This document shows positions 48,738 to 59,095 of a stretch of 64,000 nt of DNA, one piece after another (the stretch's first letter is position 1; each line of letters opens with the position of its first letter). The notes below the pieces were generated by a model. That model saw only the letters and a list, made by a program, of their open reading frames with translations, did no database searches and was not told the origin of the DNA. This stretch comes from Candidatus Latescibacterota bacterium (lineage in GTDB: Bacteria > Latescibacterota > UBA2968 > UBA8231). The translations under genes and the position numbers were made by a program. Where the stretch lies: NCBI GenBank assembly GCA_965215195.1, contig CBDCDC010000001.1:448001-512000 (forward strand), given 5' to 3'.

Positions 48738-49205
48738 TCACAGGCGCGTGCAATAGTGGATTTGGCGGGCGACTTCCTCAAAACCGAGGCTGGGATACAA
48801 GTGCGCGCCGATGGGGTTTTGCGCCAGCGTCTCGATTTTGGCGCACTCCATGCCAGCGGCGCGCAAGTGCGCTAGGCCGTGCTCTAGGAGCTGGCGGCCC
48901 ATGCCCTCGCCTTGGCAATGCGGCAGAACGGCGATGTTGGGGATCCCGCCTATTTTGCTCTCGCGGTCAATGCGGGTGGTGATGTAGCCTACTACCTCGC
49001 CGTCCTCCTCCCACACAAAAACGCCGCCCGCCCGCTCGCCGGCCACGTCGTCGTCAATGTGGCGCAGCTTGCGAAATTGCCAGTCGCGGCCGCCGATTAG
49101 CCCGAAGCGCTGCTCAATGTTGTGGTCGATGGATACCCCGGGGAAGCAGACGGCCGTGATGTGCTTGAGCGCGGCCAAGTCCTCTGGGCGATAGGGGCGG
49201 ATCAC
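48738..49205 (-). CDS. GNAT N-acetyltransferase
   Basis: IAVLPHCQGEGMGRQL, LYPSLGF. Confidence 0.85.
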   Translation of the reverse strand: MIRPYRPEDLAALKHITAVCFPGVSIDHNIEQRFGLIGGRDWQFRKLRHIDDDVAGERAGGVFVWEEDGEVVGYITTRIDRESKIGGIPNIAVLPHCQGEGMGRQLLEHGLAHLRAAGMECAKIETLAQNPIGAHLYPSLGFEEVARQIHYCTRL

Positions 49206-49209
49206 GAGG

Positions 49210-52200
49210 TTAGCTTGCAGTGGATGCGACGATCTGCAACAGCGCCGGGTCCGCGGCGGTCTCGCGCCCGGCTAGCAGCTCGGCGGCCCGCTCTTTGGCC
49301 GCCTCCATTTTGGGCTGCCGGACGCCGCGATAGCCGCGCACCTCCTCGGGCAGGGACAGGACGTGTACCCAAGTGTGGTACTCGTCTGTGGAGCGAGGGG
49401 AAAAGTCGGCGATCAGGCTTTCGTACCAAGCGGCAAAGTCGCGCTCTTCGCGGTGCCACCACGAGGAGCAGAGCCGGCGGAGGAACTTCATGCGGGCGAT
49501 CCACTTCAGCGGCCCATCGCCCAGCTTGAGATCCGGGCGGAAGTCGCGGCCAAACAGGCGCAGATGGGGTCGGTTCAGGTGGCGGTAGCGGATGCGGTCG
49601 CCGCGGCTGGGGTCGATGTTGTAGCGCCGGCGGTCGCGGCGGTACTTCTCCTCGCAGGTCAGCAGATGGGCCACGTAGATTTCGTCCTTGATGGCGAGGA
49701 CCTTGGCGAGCTGATAAATGACCGCACGGGTGGCCGCGAAATTGTGCTCGGGCCCGTCTTTGGCCTGCACGGCGAGCACTTGGCGGATGTAGCGGTCGGC
49801 GTACGCGAGGTCTTCGTACTGGATCAGGTCGTACACCCGCAGTGCGAAGTGCCGTCGCGCTACGGCGACGGGCGTCTCGCGGATGCGTTGGCGGTAGGCC
49901 TCGGCCACGCGCTTGCCCCGCGTCTGGGCCAGCAGCGCGGTTTTGTCGGCGACGAGCTCGGCGTAGCTGAGTGGTTTTTCCTCGAGTGGAAAGTGATTCG
50001 GATCGAGCGCTAGGTGCCGCCCCATGTTAAAAGCCTTTAGGTTCGTCTCTAGGTCGCGGCGCACGGCCCGGCCTATGGCCCACAGCAAGGTGTCTAGCTC
50101 TAGGGAGAGCAGCCCGCGCTGGAAGGCCACGCCGAGCATCATGATGTTGGCGTAGAGCTTGTTGCCCAAGTAGTGCTCGCAGATGCGGAAGAGATCCGCG
50201 CCGAAGTACGCGTCTGGACGGGTGTGTTGGCGGATTAGGTCGGCTTGAGCTTCGGCCGAGAAGTCCTCTTGGCCGATGAGGGTGTCGATCGTGGGGGTCT
50301 TGGCGGTGTTGACGATGGCGGCGGTGCGCTCCGGGTGGGCGATGCGGTAGCGGCCTTGAGGTTCGAGGCCCCGCGCCGCTTCGAGGACGTCGAGCCCGAG
50401 GAGCAAGTCGGCCTTGCCGCAGGGAATCAGCGGGGAGACCGGAGTGCCCTTGGGCGCGTAGCTCAAGTGCGAATAGACCGAGCCGTTGCGGATGGCCAGC
50501 CCCTTCTTGTTGGTCAGTCGCACCTCGTAGCCCTGCCGCACCCCGGCTTGCGCCAGCACCGAGGCCACCACGTTGACGCCCATGCCGCCGACCCCGGCTA
50601 TGTAGGTGTACCAGATGTCGGCGAGGGGCCGGTGTGCGGGCGCGGGCAACTGGCCGACGTCAATGGGAGGGGTCGAGACAGTGGGGGGGGCTTGGCGATA
50701 GACCGTGACCTCCTCAAAGGAGGGACAGGTTTTGTCGCCATCGCCGACTTCGACCCGGGTGCAGGCGCCGTCGGCAACGCAGGAGGAAGGGTCAATGGCG
50801 ATCTTGGGACCGTATTCGGTGGCGGCCGCGACCGTCAGGCCGCTGCACCCGGTGGCCCGGGTGCATTCGAGACAGTACTCGCAGACGTCTTCGCTGATGT
50901 TGATGTGCTTTTCGACCGGCAGGAAGCCCTGCTCTTTGGCGATCGCGCTCTGGCGCGCCCGTTCGCGGCGGTGGTAGGTGATGCCGCATTCCTTGTCGGC
51001 GATAATGATTTTGACCCCGTCGCGGAGCAAGGTTTCGCGGACGAGGGCGTCGTAGTCTTGGCGCTGGGATGGGTCCATGCGGGCGATAAAAGTCGGCGAG
51101 TCGCCCGCTAGGCCGGCGACGGTTTTTTCAATGTCTTGGGCAAAGGTCGGTTTGCCCAAGACGTCGACGTCCACGCCCGGGGTGGGCTGGTGCCCGGTCA
51201 TGGCCGTGGTCTTGTTGTCGAGGATGATGTAGGTGATGTCTTGGCCGTTTTTGATCGAGTCGGAGATGGCGATCATACCGGTGTGGAAGAAGGTCGAATC
51301 CCCCATGAAGACGAGTTGTTTGTTGTCGATGAAGGGGTCGATGCCCGCGCCAGTGCCGCCGCCCAAGCCCATGCCGGAAAGATTGTGCATCAGCTCGGAA
51401 AACGGCGCGTATTTGAGCATGGAATAGCAGCCGATGTCGCCGTGGAAGACCAAATCTACCGGAGCTTGGCCCGCAGGCGGCGCGGCCAAGTCGGCCGCGG
51501 TTTTCTTGAGTACGCTGGCTGAGTCGCGGTGCGGACACCCCGGGCAGAAGGAGGGCGCGCGCGGCGGTACGGCCGTGGTCGCGGGCACCGGTGCCAAGGC
51601 GTTGAGTTCGGCTTGGACTTTCTCGCGGTCAATGGGCAGCTCGGCCTTTAGCACGGCGAAGAGGCGGGATAGGGCTTGGACGATGAGCGAGGGGTGCAGG
51701 CCCTGGACATCGGGAAAGCCCGGAGCATTGCCCGGAAAGCGCTTGCCCCACAGCGCGGGGCTGAGGTCTTTTTGCCGCGCCAGTTCGGCCGCGATCTGCG
51801 GCTCGATAAAGGGCCGCTTTTCCTCGACCACGCAGAAGGCTTGGGCGCAATCGGCAAAGCGCGCGATCACGTGCGGATCGACCGGGTAGGTAATGCCCAG
51901 CTTGAGGATGGGAAAATGCCCGGTCAGCCCGAGGATGTGCAGGGCGTGTTCGAGATAGCTATAAGCCAAGCCAGAGGTAATAAAGCCCAGCGGCTTGGGG
52001 GCCGCGTGCGGAGGATAGAGGATTTGGTTGATGCCCGCCTCCCGCGCTAGCTGCCACAGGCGGGGGTAGCGCTGGTGTACTACTTCGCGCTCTTTGTGCG
52101 CCGTGGCCGGCGGGATGACGACGCGGTCGTCCGAGCAAATGGCGCTGGTGTCGAGCGCGATGCGCTGCTTGCGGTTGAGGGCGGCAAAGCGGTTGGGATA

Positions 52201-52764
52201 GACGGTGACGCTGCCGCCGCCATCGGCTTGGTTGGAAGTGACCAGATAGGTCAGATAAAGCCGCGAGCGCCGCGACAACTCAAAGCCCTGCCCGACCCAG
52301 TCCTTGATCTCCTGAAAGGTCGCGGGTTCGAGGACGGGCATGTAGAGATGCTGGGACAAAAAGCGCGAGTCGGCCGGCACTTGGGTCCCCTCGGACCAGG
52401 TGTCGTCGCCCACGGCCACTAGGACACCCCCGCTGGGCGAGGTCCCGACCATGTTGCCGAGGGCCAACCCATCGGCTGCCACGTGCAGGCCGACGCTCTT
52501 CATCACGGCCAAGGCGCGGATGCCCTCCATCTGCGAGCCGTTGAGGCGGGCGGCGGCGAGGGCTTCGTTGTTGGCGATCTGCGCGACGATGCCGCGTTCG
52601 TTGAAGAGGTCCTTGTTGTTTTCGAGGGTCTCAAAAAGCTCGGCCAAGGGCGATCCAGGGTATCCGGTAATGACGCCGACTTGGCTTTCTAGGGCACCCT
52701 TGACGATCAGTTCGTTGCCGGTGTAAATGCCCGTGCCTTGTTCGAGTGAGAAGCGGGGATCCAT
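49210..52764 (-). CDS. Fused alpha-beta indolepyruvate ferredoxin oxidoreductase family protein
   Basis: GYPGSP, NEALA, FCPGCPHR, GDIGC, GDSTFFH, Fe-S cysteines, GVGGMG, KDEIYVA; start at MDPRF. Confidence 0.88.
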   Translation of the reverse strand: MDPRFSLEQGTGIYTGNELIVKGALESQVGVITGYPGSPLAELFETLENNKDLFNERGIVAQIANNEALAAARLNGSQMEGIRALAVMKSVGLHVAADGLALGNMVGTSPSGGVLVAVGDDTWSEGTQVPADSRFLSQHLYMPVLEPATFQEIKDWVGQGFELSRRSRLYLTYLVTSNQADGGGSVTVYPNRFAALNRKQRIALDTSAICSDDRVVIPPATAHKEREVVHQRYPRLWQLAREAGINQILYPPHAAPKPLGFITSGLAYSYLEHALHILGLTGHFPILKLGITYPVDPHVIARFADCAQAFCVVEEKRPFIEPQIAAELARQKDLSPALWGKRFPGNAPGFPDVQGLHPSLIVQALSRLFAVLKAELPIDREKVQAELNALAPVPATTAVPPRAPSFCPGCPHRDSASVLKKTAADLAAPPAGQAPVDLVFHGDIGCYSMLKYAPFSELMHNLSGMGLGGGTGAGIDPFIDNKQLVFMGDSTFFHTGMIAISDSIKNGQDITYIILDNKTTAMTGHQPTPGVDVDVLGKPTFAQDIEKTVAGLAGDSPTFIARMDPSQRQDYDALVRETLLRDGVKIIIADKECGITYHRRERARQSAIAKEQGFLPVEKHINISEDVCEYCLECTRATGCSGLTVAAATEYGPKIAIDPSSCVADGACTRVEVGDGDKTCPSFEEVTVYRQAPPTVSTPPIDVGQLPAPAHRPLADIWYTYIAGVGGMGVNVVASVLAQAGVRQGYEVRLTNKKGLAIRNGSVYSHLSYAPKGTPVSPLIPCGKADLLLGLDVLEAARGLEPQGRYRIAHPERTAAIVNTAKTPTIDTLIGQEDFSAEAQADLIRQHTRPDAYFGADLFRICEHYLGNKLYANIMMLGVAFQRGLLSLELDTLLWAIGRAVRRDLETNLKAFNMGRHLALDPNHFPLEEKPLSYAELVADKTALLAQTRGKRVAEAYRQRIRETPVAVARRHFALRVYDLIQYEDLAYADRYIRQVLAVQAKDGPEHNFAATRAVIYQLAKVLAIKDEIYVAHLLTCEEKYRRDRRRYNIDPSRGDRIRYRHLNRPHLRLFGRDFRPDLKLGDGPLKWIARMKFLRRLCSSWWHREERDFAAWYESLIADFSPRSTDEYHTWVHVLSLPEEVRGYRGVRQPKMEAAKERAAELLAGRETAADPALLQIVASTAS

Positions 52765-52856
52765 GGGCCTATCTGAGGAAATTGGGAATAAATGCAAACA
52801 TAGTACGAGGTCTGGGGCGGTTGTCAAGTCGGCTCGCTCTCACCGGACCGGCGACC

Positions 52857-53393
52857 TCACGCTTGGGCATCGAGCCAATAGCGCTGGTATTCTTCTAGGA
52901 AGGTAAGGGTCTGTAGATCGGCCATGCGGTCTGGAAAGAGCACGCCGTCGAGATGGTCGATTTCGTGCTGGAGGACGCGGGCGCAAAGCCCCTCTGCTTC
53001 CATCGCCACCGCTCGCCCCTCGCGGTCGTAGCCCCGCACCGCGACGGCTGCCGCGCGCGGGACGACGCCGCGCAATTGGGGGATGCTCAAGCAGCCTTCC
53101 CAGCCGTCGAGGTGCTCTGGCGACCGGGCGGTAAACTGCGGATTGAAGAGCACGGTCAGGGGTATGGCGGCCTCGTCTTGGGGGTCGGCTGCGGGGTCGC
53201 CGAGGACGATCAGCCGCAGGGGTTCAAAGACTTGCGGCGCGGCCAAGCCAATGCCCTCGTAGTCGATCATGGTCTCGATCATGTCTTCGACTAAGCACTG
53301 CATCTGGGCACTCTGCATCTGGGCCGGAGGGATCTCTACGGCGCGTTGGCGCAGCACTGGATGCCCCATCTGCGACACCTTGCGAATGGCCAT
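52857..53393 (-). CDS. def: Peptide deformylase
   Basis: GIGLAAPQV, EGCLSIP, QHEIDHLDG. Confidence 0.96.
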   Translation of the reverse strand: MAIRKVSQMGHPVLRQRAVEIPPAQMQSAQMQCLVEDMIETMIDYEGIGLAAPQVFEPLRLIVLGDPAADPQDEAAIPLTVLFNPQFTARSPEHLDGWEGCLSIPQLRGVVPRAAAVAVRGYDREGRAVAMEAEGLCARVLQHEIDHLDGVLFPDRMADLQTLTFLEEYQRYWLDAQA

Positions 53394-53395
53394 GG

Positions 53396-53983
53396 TTACG
53401 GCGCTTGGGGGGGAGCCGCCGAAAGACAGCAGCGGAACCCCACTAAATCGACGTGGTACTCGGAGTCGAGGAATCGCCCGTAGCGGGCGTCGGCTCGGGC
53501 TAGGTTGACGCTGTGGAAAAAGGAGCCGCCGCGCACGACCCGCCAGCGGTCGGAGCGCGAATACCAAGACGCGGTCCACTCCCAAGCATTGCCGATCATG
53601 TCATAGACCCCGTAGGCGTTGGTGCAGCGTTCATGTGCGCCGCTAGGTGCTAGGCCCGTCCCGCGCTGCCAGATCCCATCAACGGCAAAGCGCGTGTTGC
53701 AGCGCCCCGGTTCGAATTCTGGGCCATAGGAGTACGCGAAGTTCTGCGGCCCGGTGCAGGCTTTCTGCCACTCCTGTTCGGTACACAGCCGCTTGCCCTG
53801 CGCCGCGCAGAGCGATTCTGCTTCGCCCCAGGTGACGTCGACTGTGGGGAGGATGCCGCGCTGGTTGGGGTACTCGTACCTGTCGATGTAGAAGTCCGGG
53901 CCGATCCATACCATGCCTTCCACGTCGGCTGCGGCCAGCACTGGCAGGGCCAGCAAAAGGCCGGGGGCTAAGAGCTTATTCAT
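53396..53983 (-). CDS. Exported FGE-sulfatase (SUMF1) domain protein
   Basis: Signal peptide; RLCTEQEWQKAC, YDMIGNAWEW, RGGSF, GFRCC. Confidence 0.85.
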   Translation of the reverse strand: MNKLLAPGLLLALPVLAAADVEGMVWIGPDFYIDRYEYPNQRGILPTVDVTWGEAESLCAAQGKRLCTEQEWQKACTGPQNFAYSYGPEFEPGRCNTRFAVDGIWQRGTGLAPSGAHERCTNAYGVYDMIGNAWEWTASWYSRSDRWRVVRGGSFFHSVNLARADARYGRFLDSEYHVDLVGFRCCLSAAPPQAP

Positions 53984-53989
53984 GGCTAC

Positions 53990-54784
53990 TCACTCCGCAA
54001 ATTGCACCGCGCCAAAGCGGGCGGGGTGGTGAAAGCCGCGCTGGTAGGTCTCGCTCCAAGCCGTGTACTCGGTCTGCTCGTGGTAGTGCTGCTGGAGCGC
54101 GTCTGCGTCTTGGAGGTCGTTTAGGCGGCTTTTTAGATTGCGCCCGCCCTTGCGTTCGATGCGGTAGAGGTTGAGCCGCCAGACATCGCCGGCTGCCGGG
54201 CGCCCCCCGCCTGTGACGCTGTCGGCTAGAGCGGCCCAAGGAATGGCGATCTCCGCGGTCCAGCCCCAGTCGAGCGCGAGCGAGTCGTTCACGGTGCCGT
54301 AAGCTTGGACGGCTGTTTTAAGCCCGGCGATATCCCAGTCTTTGGACGAGTGCCACTCGGGCGACACCGAATAGATCAGCAAATCGACGACCACATTGCG
54401 CGGGTTGACCTCCAGCTCTAGGTAGCGTTTGCCGTCGCCATCGGGGTCGATAAAGATCTCCACGACTTCCTCTCCCCACAGGGGATCGTCTTCCTCTTCG
54501 CAAATGGCCCACATGTCCGCATCTTGACAGACAAAGGCAAAGTAAAAGTAGAAGTCATCCCACAGCATCTTCGCCCGCGTGGGAAAGAGCACTTCGTCGT
54601 AGTCGTTGAGGATGCGCTCGAAGCGGTTGATTTGCTGCGCCCGTTCCCACGAAAATTCGTCCAATTTGCCATCGACGACGACCGGTGCGAGAGCGCGTTG
54701 GACTGCGTATTGAGCCTCCAGACCTACTTCGGCGTACGTTGCGAGTGGGAGGATCGCGAGCACGAGAATCGTCGAGAAGTGCAT
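53990..54784 (-). CDS. Exported CBM9-like carbohydrate-binding protein
   Basis: VDGKLDE, MLWDD, VEIFIDPDGDG, WTAEIAIPW, WRLNLYR, FHHPARFG. Confidence 0.85.
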   Translation of the reverse strand: MHFSTILVLAILPLATYAEVGLEAQYAVQRALAPVVVDGKLDEFSWERAQQINRFERILNDYDEVLFPTRAKMLWDDFYFYFAFVCQDADMWAICEEEDDPLWGEEVVEIFIDPDGDGKRYLELEVNPRNVVVDLLIYSVSPEWHSSKDWDIAGLKTAVQAYGTVNDSLALDWGWTAEIAIPWAALADSVTGGGRPAAGDVWRLNLYRIERKGGRNLKSRLNDLQDADALQQHYHEQTEYTAWSETYQRGFHHPARFGAVQFAE

Positions 54785-54842
54785 ACATTCTCCTTGCGTT
54801 AGCGGGCTGAATATACGAAATCGCGCTAGCGCACCAAAATGT

Positions 54843-54877
54843 AAAAAGGGGCGCTGCCAAGCTGGCACCGCCCCTTT
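54843..54877 (-). terminator. Intrinsic terminator after glnA
   Basis: AAAGGGGCG...CGCCCCTTT stem with a T-run on the minus strand. Confidence 0.7.
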
Positions 54878-54901
54878 GCGTCGGTTGTAGCTCGTAGCTG
54901 T

Positions 54902-56341
54902 TTACACGTCGTAGTAGAGCGCGAACTCATAGGGATGGGGCCGCAAGCGGATGGCATCGACCTCCTCGGTGCGCTTGTAGTTGATCCACGCGTCGATCAG
55001 GTCGTCGGAGAACACATCGCCCTGCAACAGAAAGTCCCGATCCTGATTCAAGTGATCCAACGAATCCTCCAACGACCCGGCTGTCTGCGGCACCCCGGCT
55101 CGCTCCTCGGCCGACAGATCATACAGATTCTTGTCCAGCGGTGCCCCCGGATCCCGCTGCTGCTCAATCCCGTCCAGCCCCGCCATCAGCATCGCCGACA
55201 GCGCCAAGTACAGATTGCACGACGGATCCGGACAGCGAAACTCCACCCGCTTGCTCTTGGGACTGGGCGAATACATCGGAATGCGCACGGCCGCACTGCG
55301 GTTGCGCTGGGAATACGCCAAGTTCACCGGCGCTTCGTAGCCGGGCACCAGCCGCTTGTAGGAGTTGGTCGTCGGGTTGGTGAACGCCAGCAGCGCCGGC
55401 GCGTGGTGCAACAGCCCGCCGATGTAGTGCAGCGCCATCGGGCTGAGGCCAGCGTAGCCGTTGCCGGCAAACAGGGGCTGGTCGCCCTGCCACAGGCTCT
55501 GGTGGGTGTGCATGCCCGTGCCGTTGTCCTCAAACAGCGGCTTGGGCATGAACGTGGCTGTCTTGCCGTGCTGCCGCGCCACGTTCTTGACGATGTACTT
55601 ATACAGCATCATCCGGTCGGCGCACACCAGCAGCGGACAAAAGCGGATGTCGATTTCGCCTTGGCCGGCCGTGCCCACCTCGTGGTGGTGAATCTCCACG
55701 TCGATGCCGCAGGCGATCATGGTCTGCACCATCTGGGTGCGGAGGTCTTGCAGGGAGTCGGTCGGCGGCACGGGAAAGTAGCCGCCCTTGTAGTCGGGCT
55801 TGTAGCCTAAGTTGGGGCCTTCGGCTGAACCGCTGTTCCAGCGGCCTTCGGCCGAGTCGATCGCGTAGAAGCCCCGATGGGCTTGCTGGTCGAAGCGGAT
55901 GTTGTCGAAGACGAAAAACTCGGCTTCGGGGCCAAAGTAGGCCGTGTCGGCCAGCTGGGTGTGTAGCAGGTAGGCTTGGGCGCGCTGGGCAACGCCGCGC
56001 GGATCGCGGGCATAGGGCTGGCGGGTGATGGGGTCTTCAATGGAGCAGACCAAAGACAGGGTGGGCACTTGGGTGAAGGGGTCCATCACGGCCGTGGTCG
56101 GATCGGGTATCACGAGCATGTCGGATTCGTTGATTTCCTGCCAGCCGCGAATGGAGGAGCCGTCGAAGCCGAGGCCGTCGTCGAACAGGTCGGGGGTGAG
56201 GTCGGCGGCGGGCATGGTGAAGTGCTGCCAGATGCCGGGCAGATCGACGAACTTGAAATCGACCATCTGGGCTTTGTGCTGGCGGCCTAAGGCCAGCGCG
56301 GACTCAATCGCGCTGGGCGGTTTGGCTTTGGCTTTGGCCAT
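54902..56341 (-). CDS. glnA: Glutamine synthetase type I (beta)
   Basis: [43 protein letters not shown] adenylylation site. Confidence 0.97.
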   Translation of the reverse strand: MAKAKAKPPSAIESALALGRQHKAQMVDFKFVDLPGIWQHFTMPAADLTPDLFDDGLGFDGSSIRGWQEINESDMLVIPDPTTAVMDPFTQVPTLSLVCSIEDPITRQPYARDPRGVAQRAQAYLLHTQLADTAYFGPEAEFFVFDNIRFDQQAHRGFYAIDSAEGRWNSGSAEGPNLGYKPDYKGGYFPVPPTDSLQDLRTQMVQTMIACGIDVEIHHHEVGTAGQGEIDIRFCPLLVCADRMMLYKYIVKNVARQHGKTATFMPKPLFEDNGTGMHTHQSLWQGDQPLFAGNGYAGLSPMALHYIGGLLHHAPALLAFTNPTTNSYKRLVPGYEAPVNLAYSQRNRSAAVRIPMYSPSPKSKRVEFRCPDPSCNLYLALSAMLMAGLDGIEQQRDPGAPLDKNLYDLSAEERAGVPQTAGSLEDSLDHLNQDRDFLLQGDVFSDDLIDAWINYKRTEEVDAIRLRPHPYEFALYYDV

Positions 56342-56449
56342 GAGAATTCCTTTCGCAAAAAGTGATTGAGATGGGGTCAGGGGCGCACTCCCCGCAGCGC
56401 GCCCCTGAGTCTGGCTTGGCCCCGCCGTTGGTCGCACGGGATGCCGTTT

Positions 56450-57100
56450 TTAGAAGCTCCTGCCAAAGACGAGGAAGGTGCTTTCTCTGTCTGGGTTGAG
56501 GATGTACGAGGCGAAGTAATCGCCCTTGCTCATGTTGAGGCCAACGCTGACCAGAGCCGGGTCGGTATCTGTGGTGTAAACCCCGTTGCCGAGGCCGGCG
56601 GTGACGCTGACGGCGGTCTCTTCCATCTCGCCCAAGTCGAGGCTCGCTTCCACCCAGAACGAATCCTCGGTGTCGCCGGAGAAGTTATAGGCGACCAAGG
56701 CGCTCAAGGGCATGTCGTCGAGGGCGAGAGACGCGCTGATTTCGAGGATGTGTACTGCGTCGTCGTCGCTGTAGCTGAAGAACATGTCGTCTTCGGTCAG
56801 GCCCGGGAAGTAGTAGTCGGTCAGGGTGATGCCGATGGGGCCGGACGAGAAGCTGGCATAGAGGTCGTTCTCGTTGGCACCACCGCCGGTGATGGCCCAC
56901 GACGACCACGCGCCGACTTCGATGTTGCCGTGGCTGATGGACATGCCCGGCTGGACGCTGACGGCGTTGCCAAAGTCCGTGCCGCGCCACACGTAGCGGT
57001 TGACTACGTCGGCGCCAAAGCCAACTCCGGCATCGGCCGGAATGGCCGCTAGCGTCAGGGCGAAGAGAAGGGGTGCGGCAAAAAGCAAGCGGTTCATCAA
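56450..57100 (-). CDS. TorF-like putative porin
   Basis: Signal peptide; NRYVWRG, SVQP, ENDLY; C-terminal Phe. Confidence 0.7.
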   Translation of the reverse strand: MMNRLLFAAPLLFALTLAAIPADAGVGFGADVVNRYVWRGTDFGNAVSVQPGMSISHGNIEVGAWSSWAITGGGANENDLYASFSSGPIGITLTDYYFPGLTEDDMFFSYSDDDAVHILEISASLALDDMPLSALVAYNFSGDTEDSFWVEASLDLGEMEETAVSVTAGLGNGVYTTDTDPALVSVGLNMSKGDYFASYILNPDRESTFLVFGRSF

Positions 57101-57157
57101 GTTCTCCTTAGGTGGGTTGAGGTAAGAGGTAGGGCCGGCTGAACCGGCCCCTCGCTA

Positions 57158-57496
57158 TCACAGGGCGCTTTCGCCCGTCTCGCCGGTGCGGATGCGCACG
57201 GCTTCTTGGATCGGCGAGGCAAAGACCTTGCCGTCGCCGACTTTGCCGGACTTGGCCGCCTCGACAATGGTGTTGATCGCCTGCTCGTGGTCTGCGTCCT
57301 TGACGACGACCTCGACTTTGATCTTGGGAACGAAATCAATGCGGTACTCGGCGCCGCGATAGACCTCGCGGTGGCCGCGCTGGCGGCCAAAGCCCCGCAC
57401 TTCGGTTACGGACATGCCGGCAATGCCCCGTTCGCCGAGGGCCTTTTGCACGGCCTCAAGGGCCGATGGCCGGAGGAATGCTTCAATTTTATACAT
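57158..57496 (-). CDS. glnK: P-II nitrogen regulator
   Basis: GFGRQRG, YRGAEY, GDGKVF, RIRTGE; linked to amt. Confidence 0.93.
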   Translation of the reverse strand: MYKIEAFLRPSALEAVQKALGERGIAGMSVTEVRGFGRQRGHREVYRGAEYRIDFVPKIKVEVVVKDADHEQAINTIVEAAKSGKVGDGKVFASPIQEAVRIRTGETGESAL

Positions 57497-57514
57497 CGCT
57501 AGTTCTCCCCTCGC

Positions 57515-58855
57515 TTAGTTGTTGATGTGCTGGAAATCCGCGTACGCGGGTTGGCCGTGCTCGCTTAGATCGAGGCCCTCGTCCTCTTCCTCCTCCTCGA
57601 CGCGGAACCCGAGTATCGCCTTGACAACGGTCGCGAGGACAAAGGAAAAGACAAAGGCGAAGAGGGCATAAGACAAGGTGCCCAAGATCTGAGTGCCCAC
57701 GCTGTGGTCGGTGCTGAACAGCCCGACCGCGACCGTGCCCCAGACGCCGCAGATGCCGTGGACGGAGATGGCCCCGACCGGATCGTCGATCTTGATGCGG
57801 TCGATAAAGACAATGGCGAAAACGACGATGACCCCGGCGAGCAGCCCAATCCAAATGGCCCCGCCCCAAGTGACCACGTCGGCCCCGGCCGTGATGCCGA
57901 CTAGGCCGGCGAGGATGCCGTTGAGCGCCATGGTGATGTCGGGCTTTTTAAGGTAGAAATAGGAGGTGAAAATCGAGGCCATACAACCGGCCGCAGCCGC
58001 GAGGGTCGTGGTGACAAAGACCAGCGATACGGCCGCTGGATCGGCGCTGAGCACCGAGCCGCCGTTGAAGCCGAACCAGCCGAGCCAGAGCAGGAAGACG
58101 CCGATGGTCGATAGCGGCATGCTGTGCCCGAGGATGGGCCTGATTTCCCCATTGACGTACTTGCCCTTGCGCGCCCCCAGCACCAAGACTGCGGCGAGGG
58201 CTGAGAAGCCGCCAAAGGCGTGGACGACCGACGAGCCGGCGAAATCGTAGAAACCGAGGTCGTCGAGCCAGCCGGCACCCCATTTCCAAGAGCCGGCTAT
58301 GGTGTAGCCAAAGGCCACCAAAATCGCGGCGTAGAGCATGAAGCCCGACAGCTTGACGCGCTCGGCCACCGCACCGGAGACGATGGTAGCGGCCGTGGCG
58401 GCAAACATGGCTTGGAAGATGAAGTCCGACCAGTAGGTGTAATCTGCGTACTGATTGGTCAGGTTGGCCACATCGCTGTCAAAGCCGAGCCAGCCCTTGA
58501 GGGCCAGCACATCGGCGATGAGCCAATCGTCGCCCGGATACATGATGTTGAAGCCGCACAGGGCGTAGGTGAGGATGCCGGCCGAGATGATAAAGAGGTT
58601 CTTGAAGAGGATGTTGACCGTGTTCTTCTGCCGGGTCAGGCCGGATTCGAGCGTGGCAAAGCCCAAGTGCATGACGAAGACCAAGGCTGCGGCGATGAGA
58701 ATCCACAGGTTGTCCACCATGAATTTGGGATAGGCTAAGGGCATGGCTTGGAAGGCTTCTACGGTTGTGAAGTCTCCAGCCGAAACCTGAGTGGTCGCCC
58801 CGAGGATCCCGGCACAGATCCATAAGAGCGAAGGACGGTTGCGAAAAACAGACAT
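57515..58855 (-). CDS. amtB: Ammonium transporter
   Basis: FQAMFA, SGAVAER, DFAGSSVVH, WFGFNGGS, DDPVGAISVHG. Confidence 0.95.
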   Translation of the reverse strand: MSVFRNRPSLLWICAGILGATTQVSAGDFTTVEAFQAMPLAYPKFMVDNLWILIAAALVFVMHLGFATLESGLTRQKNTVNILFKNLFIISAGILTYALCGFNIMYPGDDWLIADVLALKGWLGFDSDVANLTNQYADYTYWSDFIFQAMFAATAATIVSGAVAERVKLSGFMLYAAILVAFGYTIAGSWKWGAGWLDDLGFYDFAGSSVVHAFGGFSALAAVLVLGARKGKYVNGEIRPILGHSMPLSTIGVFLLWLGWFGFNGGSVLSADPAAVSLVFVTTTLAAAAGCMASIFTSYFYLKKPDITMALNGILAGLVGITAGADVVTWGGAIWIGLLAGVIVVFAIVFIDRIKIDDPVGAISVHGICGVWGTVAVGLFSTDHSVGTQILGTLSYALFAFVFSFVLATVVKAILGFRVEEEEEDEGLDLSEHGQPAYADFQHINN

Positions 58856-58934
58856 GGGCAATCCCTTCCCTAAATAGAGGTATGAGGAGGCATCCGATCG
58901 AGGCTTCGTGGATGCGAACGTCGGATTGCTACAA

Positions 58935-58951
58935 GGCAAGAAATGTGCCAA
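58935..58951 (-). promoter_or_regulatory. Sigma54 -24/-12 promoter of the amt operon
   Basis: TTGGCACATTTCTTGCC, 80 bp before the amt ATG. Confidence 0.85.
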
Positions 58952-59047
58952 GTGGATTGGGTGCGGATATTTCATAATGGTAGCTTATTGTAAATTAGGG
59001 AGTTAGAAAAAATAACAATAAAGAGGGAAACGAAGCGAGCATAAGCT

Positions 59048-59084
59048 ACAAAATTGAAATAGCAGCAAGAAACAACAATTTTGT
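59048..59084. promoter_or_regulatory. Putative upstream activator sites (ACA-N4-TGT)
   Basis: ACAAAATTGA (59048) and ACAATTTTGT (59075), about 100-135 bp upstream of the -24 element across an AT-rich spacer. Confidence 0.55.
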
Positions 59085-59095
59085 ATTTCATATAG

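Noticed and set aside
53396-53983. Sulfatase-maturing FGE
   Set aside because: The catalytic CxxxxC motif after RGGSF is absent; probably a non-catalytic FGE-fold protein
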